64,000 bases of DNA from Blastocladiella emersonii ATCC 22665. Its lineage: Eukaryota; Fungi; Blastocladiomycota. Below are positions 56,791 through 64,000 of the stretch, piece after piece. The notes beneath the pieces are model-generated. The model made no database searches and was not told where the DNA came from. It was given only the letters and a program-made list of their open reading frames with translations. Position 1 is the first letter of the stretch, and the number at the start of each line of letters is the position of its first letter. The position numbers were made by a program, and so were the translations under genes. The stretch lies in the NCBI GenBank assembly GCA_025594325.1, contig JANHCV010000006.1:248001-312000 (forward strand), read 5' to 3'.

Positions 56791-58735
56791 TTGAGACGAA
56801 TTGTGTGGATGAGGAGAGGAGATGAGGTGGAGGACGATTGATAATATAACCTGACATTGCGATGATAAACGGCGTACATTGCGAGAGACGCGCACTGAAA
56901 ATCACACGAAGGATCACCTGAAGGATCACGACGCGGTTTGGCCTGGTTACGTCTCACGTGTGCCTGAGATGGGCGCAAACACACGGCGACCCGGGACCAA
57001 GTCGTGGGCCGCGCTCGCGCGGGCGCCGTGAAAAGATCGCGTCGCTCACGCGAGTTCGGCCCTCGTTCCAAGCGACACCATCACGAAACTTGCTCACCGC
57101 GGATAGCCACTCGGGCCCAGATGCAGCCACTCCCCACCCGTTTGCAGGCCACCGCAGACACTCGCAGGCCCTGCAGACGCCGCAGACCACCCCGCCAGCT
57201 TGCAGCGGCCCGCCGGCAGCATCCCCGCTCTCCCGCAGCGACCAAACTCTTCACTAAAATGTCCCCCTCGCACTTAAAAAACGATGACACTCCCCGTAAC
57301 CCGATGTATTACGATGCAGCGACTCGACACGGATGTTTGAGCCCGTCAGCTGGCCGTGCACCTGCGCGAAACCCAGCGAGGCGGACGGCACCGCCGCGCT
57401 AGCAACGAGTGAGCGACCTCGCGCGGGGCGGCGTCGTCGAGTTGGACGCGCTCGCCCTCCAACGCAACTTCATGGATAGCACTCTGGGTGAGGCTGCCGC
57501 TGAGTCGCCCGCACCCGCGCCCCCAATCTTTGGAAGAGAGCGAGCAAGGCGTGCTGTGAAGGTGCCGGGCTGGTTGCGCCGAGTCCTGCGAGATGAGAAG
57601 CGCTCGGCTGCGGTGTAGTCGCGGACGCGGCCGTCGAAGCGAACCCGCTGTGCCCTGCTCTTCGCCTCAAGTGCGGCCTTTGCGGGCCGCGGTGCACCTG
57701 CTCTCGAACGACCCGTGTGAGAGCACGAAGTCGCTGCTGAGGCGCATCTGTCGTTGCTGACGATGCCGCAGGCTGTCGCGGTCGAACGCGGTCAAGGGGC
57801 GCACTCTCGCGCGCAAGAGCGACGCGGCCGCCCGTCTTCCCACCCGGAACACGGGCACGAGCGCGGCGCCCGTCCTGCGCCTGTCCGATCGGCGGGCGAG
57901 CCGCGGCGGCCGCAGAACGCGCGCGGGTGAGGCGGAGACAGTCGCGGAGCTGGCGTGTGTGCGCCGCGGCGACAGCGATCAGCGGCGATCAGCGGCGGGA
58001 GGAGTTCCCGCACGGGACCGGGCGGAGAACACGTCCACGCAGTGCGCCAGGTCGGGTGAGTTGGGCGAGCATGGGGAGCGGCGACAGGTCGCGCGAGCGC
58101 GCTGACGCAAAGTCCAGAAAAGCACAGGGCGAGGTGCTGCTCTGAATGGCAGCCGCGTCACGTTTTGTGGCCCCGCCTTTCGCCGATCGCCGCGGCAGGC
58201 AAGCCGCCCGGCCACCGCACAAAAAGCGATCGCCGCCGCGCCGCTCCCGCTCCCCCAACTCGCTCGCAACGCTCGCCCGGTCTGCTGCTCGAACCCTACG
58301 CACCAACAACATGCCCACGAAAGCTCGCAGCGCTGCCCGCCTCGCGGCCCAGCGCTAGTCGGCGCCTCGCTCCCTCGCACGCCTCCTGTACGCCGGCTCT
58401 CGCGCTCGCGCTCGCCGTGGCCGCAGCCCACCGTACCCGCCGCCCTTCCTCGCCCACCTCTCGATCGTGTCGCCCTGCCGCCCCCGCTGCCCGAGGGATT
58501 GCTCGCAACGGTCACCTGCTCCCACCGCGCCGCTTGCGTCGCGGCGCCTCGCCGTGTCGCTAACTCAGCCTTCCCCGCGCTCCACGTCCCCTCCACACGC
58601 CCTCCTCGCTCCTCCTGATCCACTATCCGCTCCTTCACTCGCGCGTCGTGCTCCGGCCCAAAGCGAGACATGCTGACCCGTTCGGACTCATGTAGTACCA
58701 CGCATTCCGCGGCGCCTGCATCGCGACCCAGCGCC

Positions 58736-59118
58736 GTACCTCCCTCCCTCGTCGCTCGGCGTCTTCTCCATCGCGCCCTCTCGCCACACTGACTGGGCTT
58801 CGGCAAGGTTTCCGCCCCACACGGTTCGCTCTCCCCATCATACTTGCTCGCGCAATCCGGCCGTGACTGACCTCGATCCCATTCTCCCGCTCTCCCCTCG
58901 TAGCGCTTGGGCTTCAAGTACCTCATCACCCCACCTCCCTCCTCGTTTCTCAACGTCTTCCCCACCGCGCCCTCTCGCCACATCGACTTGCCCTCGGCCA
59001 AGTTTCCGGCACGCAGCGCGCCACGCTCGCCTCGCACGGTTCGCTCTCCTTGCCACGCTTGCTCGCTCATGCCTGCCGTCACTGACCCCTCTCCCCTTCT
59101 CCCGTTCACCCCTCGTAG
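58736..59118 (+). other. Two tandem paralogous spliceosomal-type introns (58736-58903 and 58918-59118) separated by a 14-nt micro-exon, in a locus with no recognisable ORF
   Basis: Both start GTACCT, have CCGT(G/C)ACTGACC branch-like sites and end CCCCTCGTAG. They share the internal blocks CGCGCCCTCTCGCCACA, GTTTCCG, CACGGTTCGCTCTCC and CTTGCTCGC. Confidence 0.6.
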
Positions 59119-59539
59119 GAATCCGACTTCGAGTGCTTGATCGGCAGGACAAGCGACTCGGCCCCATGTGCGCACAATCCACCCGTCCGGTACGCATCTT
59201 CTCTGCACTTGTCGCCCTGAGTCGCTCTCACTCACACCTCTCTCCCCGACCCACTTGAACAGCCCGCAACTGCTTGACACGCTCCCGCGACAACCCGACC
59301 AAGAACGCGCTCATCGCTCTCGCCCATGTCGCCGTCCTGCAGCGGCGCGGCGGCGCTCACCAACTCGACCTTCAAGGCCACCAAGCCAAGTTCCCCGACC
59401 CTTCCCCTCCACCCTCTCCGTGGCCGTGTCTGTGATGTGATATACCTGTTTGTTCATCTACCCATGTCTCGATCCTGATTCTGAGTGAACCTGAAGCGCG
59501 GGGATGTGGCAGCCATGAGGGTTGCGTTGCAGGCTCAGT

Positions 59540-59680
59540 GGCCCGCTTTGCAGGCTTGACAGGCGTTGCAGGCTGCGCAGGCTGCACGCGTCTGTACAGG
59601 CACGGCCGTGTCTGCAGAGACATGCTGGGAATGCACAGACACCGATTGCCTGAAGCGCCTGAACGGCCTGCAACTGGCCC
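59540..59680. repeat. Imperfect inverted repeat built of CAGGC units (MITE-like or hairpin)
   Basis: Left arm GGCCCGCTTTGCAGGCTTGACAGGCGTTGCAGGC; right arm GCCTGAAGCGCCTGAACGGCCTGCAACTGGCCC. Confidence 0.5.
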
Positions 59681-59991
59681 GAAAAAAAACGTGATGACGA
59701 CGCAGCGCGGTGAAGGCCTGTTGATCGTTCGAGCCGTTCGTTCGCTCCTTTGCTGTCAAGTCTGGCCTTCTTGCAAATACATCAAGTTAGTTGGCTCACA
59801 TGTGCCGCTTAGTAGAATAAATAAAGTACGAATCTTCATCGCTAGAAATTGACGGACTCGCTGCGACGCGAGGGACGCGTTGCGCCACTCTTCATGAACG
59901 CCGCGTTTACTGAGCGACCCCGCTGCGTCACGGCACCATTGCTCGACTTGCTATCAAGGACGGACTAGAACAAAAAAAGTTCATCGTCTCA

Positions 59992-61241
59992 TTACTTGCG
60001 GGTAATGTTCTCAAACATACAGTTCAATACCCCAATCGCCTCGGGCCCCGCCTTCTCCTCGCCGCTGATCGGGTGAAGCGGCAAAAGGTAGGCCGCGTCC
60101 AGGTTCGGGGCCAGCTTTTCGTAATACCGCGCGTTGAACCGCGGATCCTTGACGTAGACGCCGGGCGCGGCCGTGGAGATGGTAGCGCGGGCGAGGTAGT
60201 CCGTGAAGAAATTGAGCTCGTCCGTGTTTAGCTCGAGCGCCTGCGCGTACTTGGTCGCGGAGATTCTGCCTCGGCCTTGAGCGGTAAACTGGTTGCGAGC
60301 GTCGGCGAACATCGGGATGAGATGCTGCCGCACAGGGTCGCGGCCAAACGAGTAGTCGAAGGCCACGCTGCCCTCGATGACCAGCGTCTCCTCGGTGCCA
60401 GGTCCGTGCGGGTCGATCAGGCGAAGCTGGTTGAGAAGAAGCACGCCAAAAAGCCCTTCTTCCTCGTGCTTGATTTTGACCATGTGCGTGCCGTCAATCA
60501 TGTAATAGTCGAAGATGCGGTTGACAAGCACAAGCCCGCAGTTTGCTACAAGGCGAAGTGGCCATGGGGTCGGCGTTGCGGCAGTCGGGAGCTCAATGTC
60601 CATTTCCGCGCATTTGAGAGCAACGATGGCGACGCGGACCTCGGGCTGCTGGATATCATCGACCTCTCAAGCGCGTCAGATGCGCGGCGGGATGGCAGGA
60701 ATGCCAGCAAGCGGGAGAGCGATGGAGTGGATGCGAGTGAAGCGAACAGTCGTGCGGCCCTGTTTGCACACAGCGAGCACCTTGTCAAAGAACACGGGCC
60801 CGGACGCGCGCATTGAGAGCCATGGATCAAGCCGCGGTATCGCTCCTCGACACAAGCAGGTTACGTACGCGCAACGGTCTCGGGGCGCTCGTCGTTGAGA
60901 AGAAACGAGAGCGCAGCCGTTCCCTGGGTGAACTTGAAATCGTCGAGGGTGCGGATAAGGTCGCGCAAGTCGCCGCATCCGCACACAAAGGCCTTGAGCT
61001 CGGGCAGCTCGCGCGAGCTGTGGAAGTGAAAGAGATCGCGCGGGCACTCGCGGCGGCACGGCGTGTAAACGTCGAACTGCTCGCCGCCGACCACGGTGCC
61101 ACACGTCAAGGGCGACCGGAGCGTGAGGGTCAGATCGGCAGCAGCGGCGTCCGGAACCACCGCGGGCGAGGCGCTGGCCGGCTCGCGGGAGGCCGCCGAG
61201 GTCGGCGCTCATTTTGCATTAGCTTTCTTCTTTGGTGCCAT
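59992..61241 (-). pseudogene. DUF4470-family copy 3, internally deleted, with in-frame stops
   Basis: MAPKKKANAK*APTS aligns with copy 1 KMKANAKGAPTS. FVCGCGDLRDLIRTL..ETVAR is joined directly to the C-terminal GPVFFDKV..PPRI*RA*E..DPRFNARYYEKLAP region, so the middle of the gene is missing. Confidence 0.78.
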
Positions 61242-61362
61242 TGTTCTCAGCGTTGCATCAGGTCAAGAGGCCGAGAGCTCGACGGCGGCGTGTCGGTCGA
61301 AGGAGGTCTGACGACTGCGCCTCCGCACGCGGTGCCGTGGGCATCGTAGCGGCGTGAGCGCA

Positions 61363-61408
61363 CGTGTTATGATCGACGCGACCTGCGTGTTATGATCGAC
61401 GCGACCTG
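61363..61408. repeat. 23-bp direct tandem duplication CGTGTTATGATCGACGCGACCTG upstream of DUF4470 copy 3
   Basis: Two exact copies at 61363-61385 and 61386-61408. Confidence 0.9.
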
Positions 61409-61531
61409 GATCACTTCCGGATGTCGGGGCTCTGCCGGTAACCACTCTAGGGGCGCATATTTAATTGAAAGAACTACAAATAGCTAATTATGGAGGACGA
61501 ATTCAGGAGCGCGCGGGCGGGTACACTCCTT

Positions 61532-64000
61532 TCACTCAAACGAGCTTTCCAGGATCGCGAGCGCCTCCGGCCCAGCTTTCTCGCGACCGCTGACCGGAAA
61601 CAGTGGGAGAAAGAGGGCGGATCCGAGGTGCGGGACCAGTTTCTCGTAGTACTTGCGGGCAAACCGCCGGTCAAGTGGCAAGAGCTCGTTCGCGTCCTCG
61701 CCCACCCTCAGCGGACGAGACAAGGCCGAGCGGCGGAGGTAGTCAACCAAAGGATCAATCTCCTTGGTCCCCACCGTAATCGCCTTGACGTAGTCCGTTT
61801 CGGACGCGCCATCCTCGCCGCGGGCCAGAAAGTGATCGCGGGCCTGGGCAAACATGGGGAACAGGTGTTTTTGGGCAGGTTCCAGATTGAACGCAAGACA
61901 ACCCTCTAAGGCCAACGTGCACTCAGTGCCCGGGCCCTGTGGATCAATGAGGACTGGCTTATCGAGAATGATGATGCCAAGTACCCCTACTAATTCGTGG
62001 CGCAGCTCCACAATGCGCGTGCCGAGGTCAAGGAAGTAATGGAAAAGGCTGTTGACAATGAGAATCATGCGGTTGGCCATGACGAGCTGCGAGGCGGAGC
62101 CGATACGCGACGAAAGGTCGAGGTCCTTGCTCGCGCAAAAGATCGCGTTTGCAGCGACAAGCACCTCGGCCTGCTCGAGCCTGCTGATGTCCCAGGACCG
62201 ACCGATGCGTGGCAGGTTCACGGAGATGCCGACCGAAAGGACATAAGTCGAGAGGAACCGATGAAGACGGAGCACGACGCGGCCCTGGGCGCAATGCACG
62301 TCCACCTTTTTCAGGCGTACCGGGCCGCACACGTACATGAGCTGCTCGACGCCATTGACATTGACAGTGACAGAGCCAGGCCAATCAGTAAATGTATGCG
62401 GCCTGGGCAGCGTGACCTTTGTTGACCGCTCCTTGCCCGGCGGAAGCTTCAGCACGAGTTCCATGGAGTCGGATGCGGTCACGATGGCGTGAAGCGGGCG
62501 AAGCGGCCAAGACTGGACGACGGAAGGAACCGGCGGGCGCGACTGGATGAACCCGCGCAGCGGCGCGTAGAAGGAATCCGCTGGAACTTGCGTCAAAGTG
62601 ACGTCCGTGAGCGAAACGGGCTGGCCGCCGAGAAGCTCGCGCGGCCGTTTGGCTGCGCCCGGAAACTCACAAAACACGCGAAACCGCTGCGTTTCTGATT
62701 TGCCAAAATCGCCCGAGAGGTAGAAGGTGAGACTGACTTGCGAATGGTGCCGATCCAAATCAACAACTGCGAGGCTCTCGAAACGCTGAGTCGATCCATT
62801 TTCGCGGGTACCCTCGACCACGATAAATGACGGGTCCGGGGCACCGTGGAGGTCAAGAGGAACAGAGAGGTCGACGCGGTAGATGGACTGATCCGCTGCA
62901 GATTTGGTACCGAAGAAGCCGTTGCAGAACAACATGTGCATGAGGGTACACGTTCCCTCGGCCACATTGATTTCAAGCAAAGCGTGCTTGCACATATCGT
63001 GCACCGCCTCGCCACCGATCCAAGGCAGCGTGACGAGCGGAGAGCTTCCAGCAACAGCGAGCCGCCCGGCTGCAAAAGCGTACGCAATGAGTTTGGCGAA
63101 GAGGGCGTCAGTGCGCATCGTGTCCGCTAACGAGGCGAGCAAACGCGTCAGTTTTAAGGAAACACACTAACCCAAACACACATAGACGTACTCATTGGCC
63201 GAGAGGAGCGGTACCAGTGCGTAAAACACTTGGTTAACGCATCGCGGAGAAACGGCGAGTCGGCCAAAGCGGTAGGGATGGTCGGTGTGCGAATTTTGTA
63301 AAACGAAAAGTATTTGGCCTTCGGGTTGCGCAGCTGTTCGTTGGTCCACGCGATGTGCCGGACGTAAGTCGCCCAGCCCTCCTCGCTCGGGAGCTCGGTC
63401 AAGTGGACGCCAAGAAAGGCCGCGAAAGCTCCATAGTCGAGTCCCGTGGCTTCGAAAATCAGGTCCTGGTGCGAGGAAGCAGAAGAAGCAAGTTTGGTCG
63501 AGTACGCGAAGATCATGGAGCGCTCCCACTTGTCGATGATCGGCGTGAGCAGAGCCGCACCGTGGATCAGGATCCCAAAAAGCGGGCAAGTCGAGTCCAT
63601 GAGGTTGGAGGTGTCAATCACGTCAAAGCGCATGGCCGGGTCCGCTGCGAGGGTCTCCATGAGAGTCAGTGCGTGTCCAGCTGCAAACGTGAACCGCGCA
63701 CCGCCACCGGACGCCTTGGTCATGGCCCGCTGCAGAATCCAGGTCCAATCGTACATTTCGTCCGTAATAAACTTTTCGGGCAGATCGGATTCGAGTGGTA
63801 CGCTGGTCGCCTCGAACGGGAAGTTACCGTTGCGCAAAGCGTAGTAAAGCGATCCGTCGCTGCGCACGAGCAGCATGGTCGGGTTGACTTCGGGCCACTC
63901 GAAGTCAAGCGCCGCGTCGCTTTCCGGTTCGGCGCGGCGGCCGTGTTTGTCGTACGGGCGGCGATCTTGAGCGTCGAGCAAGTAGACGCCCTCGACGGTG
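61532..64000 (-). CDS. DUF4470-family copy 2 (5' part outside the window; visible part intact)
   Basis: The frame is open from the window edge (EGVYLLD..PEVNPTMLLVRSDGSLYYAL). An intron at 63127-63191 is followed by an open exon to TGA at 61532. It is colinear with copy 1 throughout. Confidence 0.8.

Noticed and set aside
57004-57900. Short ORFs downstream of RNA14 (for example 57409-57618)
   Set aside because: No motif, no clear exon structure and no codon-bias support strong enough to call a gene.
58736-59500. Box C/D or H/ACA snoRNAs in the paralogous introns and at 59430-59490
   Set aside because: The introns have no RTGATGA/CTGA pair or ANANNA/ACA layout. The downstream GTGATGT..CTGA has an imperfect C box and I could not identify an rRNA-complementary guide.

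Overview
Eukaryotic, GC-rich, intron-containing DNA from a fungus, most likely a zoosporic early-diverging lineage such as Blastocladiomycota. That placement is inference, based on a fungal type-I FAS, an MPHOSPH9-like centriolar C-terminus and Blastocladiales-style ankyrin repeats. Core genes from left to right: the 3' end of ATP5/OSCP, a UPF0014 (FetB/ALS3-like) permease, a REX3-like exonuclease, POL3 (DNA pol delta), an ankyrin-repeat gene, a single-chain ~3935-aa fatty acid synthase and a ~2353-aa ACC1 arranged head-to-head across a 1.7-kb spacer, LCL2, a coiled-coil MPHOSPH9-like gene, ABP1 and RNA14. Accessory blocks separate these genes. (i) 8.5-17 kb holds a decayed intron-containing Helitron Rep, a 1.6-kb non-autonomous long-TIR element and an orphan gene with a duplicated CxxC..H-x4-C module. 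(ii) 39-48.5 kb holds a DUF4470-family pseudogene carrying a solo LTR and a DIRS-order RT/RNase H ORF with a probable degenerate tyrosine recombinase upstream of it. (iii) 57-64 kb holds an ORF-less multi-intron locus with two paralogous introns and two more DUF4470-family copies. The best candidates for something new are the divergent FAS-ACC1 pair, the YR-before-RT retroelement order, and the duplicated-intron locus. Most long ORFs in the supplied track are antisense or off-frame shadows caused by high GC3. All family assignments come from motif recognition by eye; no searches were run.
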